Shown in pieces: positions 38,866-47,296 of a DNA stretch of 64,000 nucleotides. The stretch lies in contig CAVOWJ010000009.1 of the NCBI GenBank assembly GCA_963700065.1, positions 7,318-71,317 of the forward strand, read 5' to 3'. The notes beneath the pieces are model-generated. The model saw only the letters and a program-made list of their open reading frames with translations. It had not been told where the DNA came from and searched no databases. This DNA comes from an uncultured Acidobacteriota bacterium. GTDB lineage: Bacteria > Acidobacteriota > Vicinamibacteria > Vicinamibacterales > JAKQTR01. The translations under genes and the position numbers were made by a program. Position 1 is the stretch's first letter, and the number at the start of each line of letters is the position of its first letter.

Positions 38866-38885
38866 TTTGCTCCACCAGAGACCAC
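38862..38885 (-). promoter_or_regulatory. Putative MraZ operator: three GTGG boxes at exact 10-bp spacing between the -10 and the mraZ start
   Basis: The + strand has tCCACtttgc tCCACcagag aCCACtcgga (CCAC at 38862, 38872, 38882). MraZ is known to bind direct G-rich repeats with a 10-bp period near its own promoter. Confidence 0.5.
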
Positions 38886-38889
38886 TCGG

Positions 38890-38918
38890 ATGTTAGAGAA
38901 GCGGGCTGACCTTGTCAA
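38890..38918 (-). promoter_or_regulatory. Putative sigma-70 promoter of the mraZ/dcw operon: -35 TTGACA, 17-nt spacer, -10 TAACAT
   Basis: Minus strand reads TTGACA (38918..38913) aggtcagcccgcttctc TAACAT (38895..38890), about 25 nt upstream of the mraZ start. Confidence 0.6.
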
Positions 38919-38924
38919 CGTCAA

Positions 38925-38940
38925 AATCCTTGCAAGGATT
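38925..38940. promoter_or_regulatory. Perfect 16-bp palindrome AATCCTTGCAAGGATT immediately upstream of the -35; candidate dimeric regulator site
   Basis: Read directly; AT-rich relative to the surroundings. It lies in the mraZ/ychF divergent intergenic region. Confidence 0.4.
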
Positions 38941-39078
38941 GAAGTTGCGCCCGCCGGGTCTACGCTTTTGTTTCGCCTGTCGGGCGAAACTGGACGCACG
39001 GCGCCGCCGGGGCGCGTGCTAGCATTGGCTCTTCACGACGACACCGGGCTCCGGCCCGGCCACCGGGAAGACATCAGG

Positions 39079-40170
39079 ATGCTCCGCACCGCGCTTATCG
39101 GATACCCCGCGACCGGCAAGACCACCCTGTTCAGGCTGATGACGGAGGCGCACGACGCCCCGCGGGCGGCGCACGGCAAGCTGGAGGCGACGCTGGGCAT
39201 CGCCCGCGTGCCCGACGCCCGGCTCGACGTGCTGACGGCGATGTTCAACCCGCGCAAGCGGGTGCCCGCGACGGTCGAGTTCGCGGACATCCCGGGGCGC
39301 CCATCCGGCACGGGGGCGGACGCGCTGCTGGACGTCGCGGCGTACCGGAACGCCGATGCGCTGGTGCACGTCGTGCGGGCGTTCACCGATCCCGCCGTGG
39401 CGCACGCCGCAGGTTCGGTCGATCCGCGGCGCGACGCGCGGGCGATGGAAGACGAGCTGATACTCGCCGACCTCGCGGTGGTCGAAAAGCGGCTCGAGCG
39501 GATCGCGAAGGATCTGAAGAAGACGCGGACGGCGGAGCTCGAGAAGGAACAGGAGGTCCTGCTCCGCTGCAAGCCGCACCTCGAGCACGGCGCGCCGTTA
39601 CGGGTGCTGGATCTGCCGAGCGACGCTCGCCGCCGCCTGCGGGGCTTCCAGTTCCTGTCGGCGAAGCCGTTGCTGCTCGTGCTCAACGTCGACGAGGGCG
39701 ATCTGGCCGGCGGGCTCGACCCGCTGCTGGCGCGGCACGGCATCGCCGACCTCGCCGCGGGCCCGGACACGCGGGCCATGGCGCTGTGCGCGAAGATCGA
39801 GCTCGAAATCGCGCAACTGGAAGCGGCCGACGCGGCCGCGTTCCTTGCGGATCTCGGCCTCACGGCGTCGGGGCTCGATCGCGTCATCCGCGCGAGCTAC
39901 GAGCTGCTGGGCTACATCTCGTTCTTCACCGTCGGCGACGACGAGTGCCGCGCGTGGTCGATCCCGCGCGGCACGGCGGCCCAGGCGGCGGCCGGCGAGA
40001 TTCACACCGATCTGGCCCGCGGGTTCATCCGGGCGGAGGTCGTGGCCTACGACCGCCTCATCTCCCGCGGATCGATGGCCGGGTGCCGCGATCACGGGGA
40101 GGTGCGCCTCGAGGGCAAGGAGTACACGGTCCTCGACGGCGACATCATCAATGTCAGGTTCGCCACGTGA
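39079..40170 (+). CDS. ychF: Ribosome-binding ATPase YchF (Obg-like, C-terminal DUF933/TGS-like)
   Basis: IGYPATGKTTLF (P-loop), C-terminal ISFFTVGDDECRAWSIPRGTAAQAAAGEIHTDLARGFIRAEVV...LEGKEYTVLDGDIINVRF. ATG at 39079; the track ORF starts spuriously at 38167. Confidence 0.88.
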   Translation: MLRTALIGYPATGKTTLFRLMTEAHDAPRAAHGKLEATLGIARVPDARLDVLTAMFNPRKRVPATVEFADIPGRPSGTGADALLDVAAYRNADALVHVVRAFTDPAVAHAAGSVDPRRDARAMEDELILADLAVVEKRLERIAKDLKKTRTAELEKEQEVLLRCKPHLEHGAPLRVLDLPSDARRRLRGFQFLSAKPLLLVLNVDEGDLAGGLDPLLARHGIADLAAGPDTRAMALCAKIELEIAQLEAADAAAFLADLGLTASGLDRVIRASYELLGYISFFTVGDDECRAWSIPRGTAAQAAAGEIHTDLARGFIRAEVVAYDRLISRGSMAGCRDHGEVRLEGKEYTVLDGDIINVRFAT

Positions 40171-40187
40171 GGCGGTGAGCGGCGCGC

Positions 40188-41231
40188 ATGGCCGTGCGGA
40201 CCATCCTCGTCTGTGAAGCGCAGGTGCCGCTGGTGCGGGGCGGCGCGGAGATCCACGTGCGCCAGCTCGTGGACCGCCTGCGCGCGCGCGGCTACGAAGC
40301 CGACCTGCTCTCGGTGCCCTTCAAGTGGTATCCGAAGGACGAGATCCTCTCCCACGCGGCCGCGTGGCGCCTGCTCGATCTCTCCGAGAGCAATGGCACG
40401 CCCATCGACCTGGTCATCGCCACGAAGTTCCCGTCGTACTTCGCGCGGCACGCCAACAAGGTGGCGTGGCTCATCCACCAGTACCGGGCGGCCTACGAGC
40501 TGTGCGGCACGGAGTACAGCGACTTCGCCCACGCGGATCTCGACGTCGGGCTGCGGCGCCGGCTGATTGATCTCGATACGGCGATGCTCGGGGAGTGCCG
40601 GCGGATCTTCACCAACGCGCGCAACACGGCGTCGCGCCTCCGGAAGTTCAACGGCCTCGGCGCGGAACCGCTGTATCATCCCCCGAGGCTCGCCGATCGG
40701 CTGACGGCCGGGCCCGCCGGGGACTACCTCCTGTCGGTCGGCCGGCTCGAAACGGTGAAGCGCCACGACCTCGCGATCCGGGCGCTGGCGCAGGCCGGCG
40801 GCCCGCTGCGGCTGGTGGTGGTCGGCGAGGGCACGCAGGACGCCAACCTGCGCCGCCTGGCGGAGGACCTGTCGGTGGCCGGCCGCGTGCACTTCGAGGG
40901 CGCGGTCAGCGACGAGCGGCTGGTCGACCTGTTCGCCGGCGCGCTCGCGGTCGTGTACGCGCCGTTCGACGAGGACTACGGGTACGTCACGCTGGAGGCG
41001 TTTCTGGCCCGCAAGCCCGTCGTGACGGCCCGCGACTCGGGCGGCACGCTCGAGTTCGTCGAGGACGGCACGAACGGGTTCGTCTGCGAGCCGGATCCGG
41101 CGGCCGTCGCCGCGGCGTTCAGCCGGCTGCACGCGGACCGCGCGCGCGCCCGGTCGCTTGGCGACGCGGGGTACGATCGCGCGCGGCTGGTGACGTGGGA
41201 CGGGGTGATTGAGCGACTTGTGGGGGAATAG
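40188..41231 (+). CDS. Glycosyltransferase family 4 (GT-B, GT1 superfamily)
   Basis: VPLVRGGAEIHVRQLVDRL, LLSVGRLETVKRHDLAIRA, YAPFDEDYGYVTLEAFLARKPVVTARDSGGTLEFVEDGTNGF (E-x7-E region). Confidence 0.85.
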   Translation: MAVRTILVCEAQVPLVRGGAEIHVRQLVDRLRARGYEADLLSVPFKWYPKDEILSHAAAWRLLDLSESNGTPIDLVIATKFPSYFARHANKVAWLIHQYRAAYELCGTEYSDFAHADLDVGLRRRLIDLDTAMLGECRRIFTNARNTASRLRKFNGLGAEPLYHPPRLADRLTAGPAGDYLLSVGRLETVKRHDLAIRALAQAGGPLRLVVVGEGTQDANLRRLAEDLSVAGRVHFEGAVSDERLVDLFAGALAVVYAPFDEDYGYVTLEAFLARKPVVTARDSGGTLEFVEDGTNGFVCEPDPAAVAAAFSRLHADRARARSLGDAGYDRARLVTWDGVIERLVGE

Positions 41232-41310
41232 TAGCCAGTAGCCAGTAGCCAGTAGCCAGTAGCCAGTAGCCAGTAGCCAGTAGCCAGTAGCCAGTAGCCA
41301 GTAGCCAGTA
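41231..41310. repeat. Intergenic heptanucleotide tandem array (GTAGCCA) x about 11.4, beginning at the last base of the upstream stop codon
   Basis: Read directly: gtagcca repeated without a mismatch from 41231 to 41307, plus gta. Downstream segments gactggc and gactggctactgac (41331..41370) are complementary to the unit. Confidence 0.95.
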
Positions 41311-41379
41311 CAGTTGGACACCGTGCAGCGTGACTGGCATTCCTACTGAATACTGACGACTGGCTACTGACTGCTCTTC

Positions 41380-42381
41380 ATGATGGTGCCCGTGAAGAAA
41401 CTGATCGTCCAGATCCCGTGCCTCAACGAGGCCCAGACGCTGCCGGCGACGCTGGCCGACGTCCCGCGCGAGATTCCCGGCATCGGCGTGGTCGAGATCC
41501 TGGTCATCGACGACGGCTCGCGCGACGGGACGTCGGAGGTCGCGCGCCGCCACGGCGCGCACCACATCGTGCGGTTTCCGCAGCGGAAGGGCCTCGCGTC
41601 GGCATTCTCGGCGGGCATCGACGCCTGCCTCAAGCTCGGCGCCGACATCATCGTCAACACCGACGGCGACAATCAGTACGCCGGGGCGGACATTCCCAAG
41701 CTCATCGCGCCGCTCCTCACGGGGGAGGCCGACATCGTGATTGGCGATCGCGAGGTGCAGGACCTCGCGCACATGTCGGCCACGCGGAAGCGGCTGCAGG
41801 GGATCGGGTCGTGGGTGGTGCGGCAGGTCTCCGACACGAAGGTCCCGGACACGACCAGCGGTTTCCGGGCCTACACGCGCGACGCCGCGCTGCGCATGAC
41901 GATTGTGTCCGACTTCACCTACACGCTGGAGTCGATCATCCAGGCCGGCAAGCGGCGGATGGCCATTGCGCACGTGCCCATCCGCAGCAATCCCCGCACG
42001 CGGTCGTCGCGGCTGTTCTCGAGCGTGTGGACGTACGTCAAGGCCTCGGCGGCGACGATCATCCGCATCTATGCCATGTACGAGCCGCTCAAGGTGTTCG
42101 GCGTCATCGGCCTGCTGGTCTTTTCCGGGGGCCTCGCCGTGTCGCTGCGTTTCGTCTATTTCTTCCTCATCGGCGAGGGGCTCGGGCACGTCCAGTCGCT
42201 CATCTTCGCGGCCGTGCTGCTGATTGTCGGCTTCCAGATCGCGCTCATCGGCCTGGTCGCCGACGTCATCTCCGGCAACCGGAAGCTGCTCGAGGATCTC
42301 CTCTATCGCGTGCGGCGCATGGAACTGCGGCAGGGTGCGCCGGCTGACACGGTCCCGCCGGCCGGCGCGGACAGGAGCTAG
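41380..42381 (+). CDS. Glycosyltransferase family 2 with C-terminal TM helices (polyprenyl-phosphate sugar synthase, GtrB/DPM1-like)
   Basis: VQIPCLNEAQTL, VIDDGSRDGT, NTDGDNQY; C-terminal hydrophobic segments VIGLLVFSGGLAVSL and LIFAAVLLIVGFQIALIGLVADV. Confidence 0.85.
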   Translation: MMVPVKKLIVQIPCLNEAQTLPATLADVPREIPGIGVVEILVIDDGSRDGTSEVARRHGAHHIVRFPQRKGLASAFSAGIDACLKLGADIIVNTDGDNQYAGADIPKLIAPLLTGEADIVIGDREVQDLAHMSATRKRLQGIGSWVVRQVSDTKVPDTTSGFRAYTRDAALRMTIVSDFTYTLESIIQAGKRRMAIAHVPIRSNPRTRSSRLFSSVWTYVKASAATIIRIYAMYEPLKVFGVIGLLVFSGGLAVSLRFVYFFLIGEGLGHVQSLIFAAVLLIVGFQIALIGLVADVISGNRKLLEDLLYRVRRMELRQGAPADTVPPAGADRS

Positions 42382-42384
42382 CCC

Positions 42385-43245
42385 GTGGCGGACCCGTCAT
42401 CGGTCTCGATCATCGTCCCGGCGTTCAACGAGGAGCCTGCCATCGCCCCTCTCGTGCAGGCGCTGCGCGCGGGCGGGGCCTGGCACGAGATCATCGTCGT
42501 GGACGACGGGTCGTCGGATGCCACCGCGGAGAAGGCCCGCGGCGCCGGCGCGACCGTCGTGCGCCATCCGTACAACAAGGGCAACGGGGCCGCGGTGAAG
42601 ACCGGGATCAGGCGCGCCTCCGGCGATTTCGTCCTGATCGTGGACGGGGACGGCCAGCACCGGGCGGCCGACGCGGCCCGGCTCGTCTCGCATCTCGGCG
42701 AGTACGACCTCGTGATCGGCGCGCGATCGACAGACACGCAGGCCACGCACGCGCGGTTGTTCGGCAACGCGGCCCTCAACTGGCTCGCCAGCTACCTCAC
42801 GCAGCGGCAGGTCCCGGATCTCACATCGGGCTTCCGGGGCGCGCGCCGGTCGCTTCTCCGCGAGTTCATCCACCTGCTGCCCAACGGCTTCTCCACGCCC
42901 ACCACGACGACGCTCGCGTTCATCAAGGCGGGCTACAACGTCCGCTTCGAGCCGATCGACGCCGCCGCGCGTGTGGGGCAGTCGAAGATACGGCTGGCGC
43001 GCGACGGCGTGAAGTTCCTGCTGATCGTGATGAAGATCATCACGCTGTTCAGCCCGTTCCGCGTCTTCCTGCCGATCAGCCTCGCCTCGTTCCTCCTCGG
43101 CGCCGGCTACGCCGTGTGGACCATCGCCACGCAGTCCCATGTCACCAATTCGTCGGTGCTGCTGATCATGCTGGCGGTGATCGTGTTCCTGGTCGGCCTC
43201 GTGTCGGAGCAGATCGCCGCCATGCGCTTCGAGGGACGAACATAG
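42385..43245 (+). CDS. Glycosyltransferase family 2 with C-terminal TM helices (GtrB/DPM1-like)
   Basis: SIIVPAFNEEP, VVDDGSSDAT, VDGDGQH; C-terminal FLPISLASFLLGAGYAVW and LLIMLAVIVFLVGLVSEQI. Confidence 0.85.
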   Translation: MADPSSVSIIVPAFNEEPAIAPLVQALRAGGAWHEIIVVDDGSSDATAEKARGAGATVVRHPYNKGNGAAVKTGIRRASGDFVLIVDGDGQHRAADAARLVSHLGEYDLVIGARSTDTQATHARLFGNAALNWLASYLTQRQVPDLTSGFRGARRSLLREFIHLLPNGFSTPTTTTLAFIKAGYNVRFEPIDAAARVGQSKIRLARDGVKFLLIVMKIITLFSPFRVFLPISLASFLLGAGYAVWTIATQSHVTNSSVLLIMLAVIVFLVGLVSEQIAAMRFEGRT

Positions 43246-43291
43246 GGATGGTCTCAACACCTGCCCGCGGCGGCCCGAACGGGCCGCCAGC

Positions 43292-44536
43292 ATGGGTCGT
43301 GACACCACGTGCGGAGTGCGCGTGACGCCCCGGGTGCCCCGCGCGGTGTGGCTGGCGGTGGCCGTGGGGGTCGCGGCGCGGCTGGCGTTCGCGCTGGGAT
43401 ACTGGGTCGACAAGCCGCTGACCCACGACGAACGCGAGTATCTGCTTCTGGCGCGGAACGTCTCGGAAGGCCGCGGGTTCGTGCATGTCCAGCCGGACGG
43501 TACGCCCGCGCCCGGCGAGCATTTCGGGCGCGCGCCGCTCTACCCCACGTTCCTCGCCGGCGTGGTCCGCCTGACCGGCATGGCGGCCGGAGAGCACGTG
43601 GCCCTGCTTCGCGCCATCCGCGTCGGCCAGGCCCTGCTGGGCGGGGCGCTGGTCTGGCTCGTCGCCTGGCTCGCCGCGAGGGCGGCGGGCCCGCGGGCCG
43701 CCCCGGCCGCAGGCTGGCTGGCCGCCGTCTACCCTCCTCTCGTGTGGACGCCGGCGTTCATCTGGAGCGAGACGATTTTCAGCGTGCTGGCCCTTGGCTG
43801 CGTGGCCGTCCTCACGCTCGAGCCAGGCCGGCCCGGCCGATACGTGGCCGCCGGCGTGCTGGCCGGTCTTGCCGTGCTGACGCGCCCGGCCATGCTGTTC
43901 TTCCTGCCGCTGGCGGCGCTCTGGCTGGCCTGGCGGCGCGAATGGCGGGGCGTCGCCCTGCTGTCGATCACCTGCGCGCTGGTGGTCCTCCCGTGGACCG
44001 TGCGGAATGCGCGCGAGTACGGCCGCTTCGTGCTCGTGGCGTCAGAGGGCGGCATCACCTTCTGGACCGGCAATCATCCGCTCGCCGTCGGCGAGGGCGA
44101 CATGGCTGCGAATCCGCAACTCAAGCGCGAGAACGTGGCGCTGCGGGCCCGCCATCCGGGACTCACGCCCGAACAGCTCGAGCCGATCTACGTCCGCGAG
44201 GCGCTGCAGTTCATCCGCGATCAGCCCGGCGCGTGGGCGGCCTTGCTCGTGCGCAAGGCGTTCTACACCGTGGTGCCCGTCGGGCCGTCGTACCGGCTCC
44301 ACTCCTCGCTCTACTTCGGCGCCTCGGTGCTGTCGTACCTCGCCGTGCTGCCCTTCGCGCTGCTGGGCCTCGCGCGCCTGGCCCGCGCCCGGCGCCTGCC
44401 CGTCCCGCTGCTGCTGCTGGCGGCGTCGTCGCTCCTCGTGTGCCTGGTGTTCTTTCCCCAGGAGCGCTTCAGGATCCCGGTGGTGGACCCGACGCTCCTC
44501 GTGATGGCGGCCTCCTCGCGGGCGCTGCGGGCGTGA
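43292..44536 (+). CDS. Polytopic membrane GT-C-fold glycosyltransferase (family 39/ArnT-like)
   Basis: THDEREYLLLARNVSEGRGF (DE-x-Y loop after TM1), RAPLYPTFLAG, about 10 hydrophobic segments. Confidence 0.75.
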   Translation: MGRDTTCGVRVTPRVPRAVWLAVAVGVAARLAFALGYWVDKPLTHDEREYLLLARNVSEGRGFVHVQPDGTPAPGEHFGRAPLYPTFLAGVVRLTGMAAGEHVALLRAIRVGQALLGGALVWLVAWLAARAAGPRAAPAAGWLAAVYPPLVWTPAFIWSETIFSVLALGCVAVLTLEPGRPGRYVAAGVLAGLAVLTRPAMLFFLPLAALWLAWRREWRGVALLSITCALVVLPWTVRNAREYGRFVLVASEGGITFWTGNHPLAVGEGDMAANPQLKRENVALRARHPGLTPEQLEPIYVREALQFIRDQPGAWAALLVRKAFYTVVPVGPSYRLHSSLYFGASVLSYLAVLPFALLGLARLARARRLPVPLLLLAASSLLVCLVFFPQERFRIPVVDPTLLVMAASSRALRA

Positions 44537-44540
44537 CAGC

Positions 44541-45278
44541 ATGAAGGTCCTGATCATCATCCCGACCTACAACGAGCGCGAGAACCTCCCGGCGATCGTG
44601 CCGCAGATTCTCGAGCCGCATCCGTACCAGATCCTGGTCGTCGACGACCAGTCGCCCGACGGCACCGGCGCGGTTGCCGATGCACTGGCGCAGCAGTACC
44701 CCGGGCGCCTGCACGTGCTGCACCGGACGGGCCGGCGCGGGCTGGGGTTGGCGTACATCGACGGCTTCCGCTGGGCGCTCGAGCACCAGGCCGACCTCGT
44801 CTGCCAGATGGACGCGGACCTGTCGCACGACCCGAAGTACCTCCCCGATCTCGTCCAGGCGGCCGGGACGTACGACCTCGTGCTCGGCTCGCGCTACCTG
44901 AACGGCGTCAGCGTGATCAACTGGCCGCTGAGGCGAATCCTGCTGAGCTGGTTCGCGAACCGGTACGTGCGCGCCATCACCGGGCTGACCACCTGCGACA
45001 CCACCAGCGGATTCCGCTGCTGGCGCCGCGACGCCCTGGCGAAGCTGCGCGTCGAGCGGTTCATCTCCCAGCGTTACGCGTTCACGGTGGAAACCGTCTT
45101 CGAGGTGGCGCGACACGGGGGGCGGGTCGGCGAGGTCCCGATCATCTTTGTCGAGCGTCGCGTCGGGGCATCGAAGATGTCCGGGCCGGTGCTGCTCGAG
45201 TCGATGCTCATGCCGTGGCGCCTCGTGTGGCGGAACCGCGGGCGCGTGCGCCGCCCCGTGGAGGGCCAGGATCAGTGA
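44541..45278 (+). CDS. Polyprenol-phosphate mannose synthase-like GT2 (Ppm1/DPM1 catalytic-domain type, soluble)
   Basis: LIIIPTYNERENL, VVDDQSPDGT, QMDADLSHDP, GFRCWRRDAL. Confidence 0.85.
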   Translation: MKVLIIIPTYNERENLPAIVPQILEPHPYQILVVDDQSPDGTGAVADALAQQYPGRLHVLHRTGRRGLGLAYIDGFRWALEHQADLVCQMDADLSHDPKYLPDLVQAAGTYDLVLGSRYLNGVSVINWPLRRILLSWFANRYVRAITGLTTCDTTSGFRCWRRDALAKLRVERFISQRYAFTVETVFEVARHGGRVGEVPIIFVERRVGASKMSGPVLLESMLMPWRLVWRNRGRVRRPVEGQDQ

Positions 45279-46531
45279 CGCACCGCCACGTGGTCGTGAT
45301 GCTCACGACCTCGTACCCGCGCTTCCCCGGCGACACCATCGGCACCTTCATGGAGCCCATCGCCAGGGGCATCGCCGCACGGGGCCACCAGGTCCATGTC
45401 GTCCTGCCCTGGCACCCCCGCCTGGCCAGGGGCCCCGTCGAGGATGGCGTGCACTTCCACCCGTTCCGGTACGCGCCGCATCCAAGTCTCAACGTGTTCG
45501 GATACGCGGCCGCGCTCCAGGCTGACGTCAACCTGCGCGCGGCCGCCTGGGTCTCCGCGCCGCTGGCGCTGGCCGCGTCCTGGCGCGCGGTGCGCCGCGT
45601 CGCGGCGCAGGTCTCCGCCACGCTGCTGCACGGCCACTGGATCATCCCGAGCGGCGCGGTGGTCACCGCCGCCGGTGGCGGGCTGCCGGTGGTCGTCAGC
45701 CTGCACGGGTCGGACGTGTACGTGGCCGAGCGGCACGCTGCCGCGCGCGTCGCCGCGCAGGCCGCCCTGCGCCGCCTCGACTGGCTGACGGCGTGCAGCG
45801 ACGACCTCCGGGATCGCATGATTGCGCTGGGCGCCGACCCGTCCCGGGCCACGACGATTCCCTACGGCGTGGACGCGCAGCGGTTCCGGCCCGACGCGGC
45901 GCTGCGAGCGGAGGGGCGGCGGGCCATGGGCGCCGGCCCCAGCGACCCGGTGGTGTTCACCGCGGGGCGGTTCGTCCGCAAGAAGGGATTCGAATACCTG
46001 ATCGACGCCGTCGCGGGACTGGCGCCCCGATGGCCCGGGCTCCGGCTCGTCATCGGCGGGGGAGGCGATCTCGAGGCCGAACTCCGCGCGCGCGCCGTCG
46101 AGCGCGGCATCGCCGCACGCGTCAGCCTTCCCGGCGTGCTCGCCCAGGACGAGGTCGCCGCCCACCTCGCCGCCGCCGACATCGCCGTCGTGCCGTCGGT
46201 CCGGGACGAGGCGGGGAACGTGGACGGCCTGCCGAACACCGTCATGGAGGCCCTCGCGTCCGGCACGGCCCTGGTCGCGACGCGCGTCGGCGGGATTCCC
46301 TCGGTCATCGAGCACGGGCGCACGGGCTGGCTCGTCGCGGAACGCGACGCCGGCGCTCTCGAGTCGGCCCTCGACCAGTTGCTGGCGGATCGCCATGTCC
46401 GCGCCGGGCTCGGCTCGGCGGCGCGGACCGACGTCCTGCGCCGGCGGACCTGGGAGATCGTCGCCGAGGCGTTCGAGCAGGTGTACAATCGGGCCGCCGA
46501 TCGGGCTGACGGCCGGCGCAAGACAGACTAG
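45275..46531 (+). CDS. Glycosyltransferase family 4
   Basis: VMLTTSYPRFPGDTIGTFMEPIARG, FTAGRFVRKKGFEYLI, VPSVRDEAGNVDGLPNTVMEALASGTALVATRVGGIPSVIEHGRTGWL. GTG at 45275 overlaps the upstream stop (GTGA). Confidence 0.85.
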   Translation: MTHRHVVVMLTTSYPRFPGDTIGTFMEPIARGIAARGHQVHVVLPWHPRLARGPVEDGVHFHPFRYAPHPSLNVFGYAAALQADVNLRAAAWVSAPLALAASWRAVRRVAAQVSATLLHGHWIIPSGAVVTAAGGGLPVVVSLHGSDVYVAERHAAARVAAQAALRRLDWLTACSDDLRDRMIALGADPSRATTIPYGVDAQRFRPDAALRAEGRRAMGAGPSDPVVFTAGRFVRKKGFEYLIDAVAGLAPRWPGLRLVIGGGGDLEAELRARAVERGIAARVSLPGVLAQDEVAAHLAAADIAVVPSVRDEAGNVDGLPNTVMEALASGTALVATRVGGIPSVIEHGRTGWLVAERDAGALESALDQLLADRHVRAGLGSAARTDVLRRRTWEIVAEAFEQVYNRAADRADGRRKTD

Positions 46532-46541
46532 AATCTCGAAG

Positions 46542-47294
46542 ATGCCTGCATCCGCGACGACACCCGGGCTGACCGTCTTCTTCCCGGCCTATAACGACAG
46601 CGGCACCATCGCGAGCATGGTGGTGAGCGCCGTGCTGGCCGCGAGCCGCCTGACCGCGGACTTCGAGGTCATCGTCATCAACGACGGCAGCCGCGACGCG
46701 ACGCCGCTCATCCTGGACGAACTGGCCCGCGTGTACCCCCAGGTGCGGGTCGTCCACCACCAGGGCAACCGCGGGTACGGCGGCGCGTTGCGGAGCGGGT
46801 TCGCGAACGCGACGAAGGAGTGGATCTTCTACACCGACGGCGACGCCCAGTACGACCCGTGGGAGATGGCGGTGCTCTGGGAGCGCAGGGCGCCCGGCAT
46901 CGACCTGGTGAACGGCTACAAGATCAGCCGCTCCGACCCGTTCCACCGCATCCTCATCGGCCGCCTCTACCACAACGCGGTCAAGCTGCTGTTCGGGCTG
47001 AAGGTCCGCGACGTCGATTGCGATTTCCGCCTCATGCGGCGCGCGATCTTCGACCGCGTCATGCTCACCAAGAACAGCGGCGTCATCTGCCTCGAGATGA
47101 TGACGAAGATCCAGCATGCTGGCTTCACGATCGCCGAGGCCCCGGTCCATCATTACCACCGGGCGTACGGCAAGTCGCAGTTCTTCAACGTCCCGCGTGT
47201 CACCCGGACGGCCGTCGACGTCATGAAGCTGTGGTGGGAGCTCATCGTGCGCCGCCAGTCCCCGCCGCAGGCGCCGCGCGGGCCGGGAGCGTGA
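46542..47294 (+). CDS. GT2, ArnC-like (polyprenyl-phosphate aminosugar/sugar transferase-like)
   Basis: TVFFPAYNDSGTI, VINDGSRDAT, YTDGDAQYDP, APVHHYHRAYGKSQF (compare the ArnC IPVHHAEREFGESKY region, from memory). Confidence 0.8.
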   Translation: MPASATTPGLTVFFPAYNDSGTIASMVVSAVLAASRLTADFEVIVINDGSRDATPLILDELARVYPQVRVVHHQGNRGYGGALRSGFANATKEWIFYTDGDAQYDPWEMAVLWERRAPGIDLVNGYKISRSDPFHRILIGRLYHNAVKLLFGLKVRDVDCDFRLMRRAIFDRVMLTKNSGVICLEMMTKIQHAGFTIAEAPVHHYHRAYGKSQFFNVPRVTRTAVDVMKLWWELIVRRQSPPQAPRGPGA

Positions 47295-47296
47295 GC

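Noticed and set aside
41231-41310. Heptamer array, or the 18-bp repeats at 1530-1821, 4491-4766 and 6497-6736, as CRISPR arrays
   Set aside because: The units are 7 or 18 nt and directly abutting, with no unique spacers. The 18-mers are in-frame coding repeats. No cas genes are present.
40092-41321. 409-aa minus ORF (and 41119..42189) translating the heptamers as ATGYWLL repeats
   Set aside because: It is antisense to the GT4 and GT2 genes. The peptide repeat is a by-product of the 7-nt (non-triplet) DNA repeat cycling through frames.
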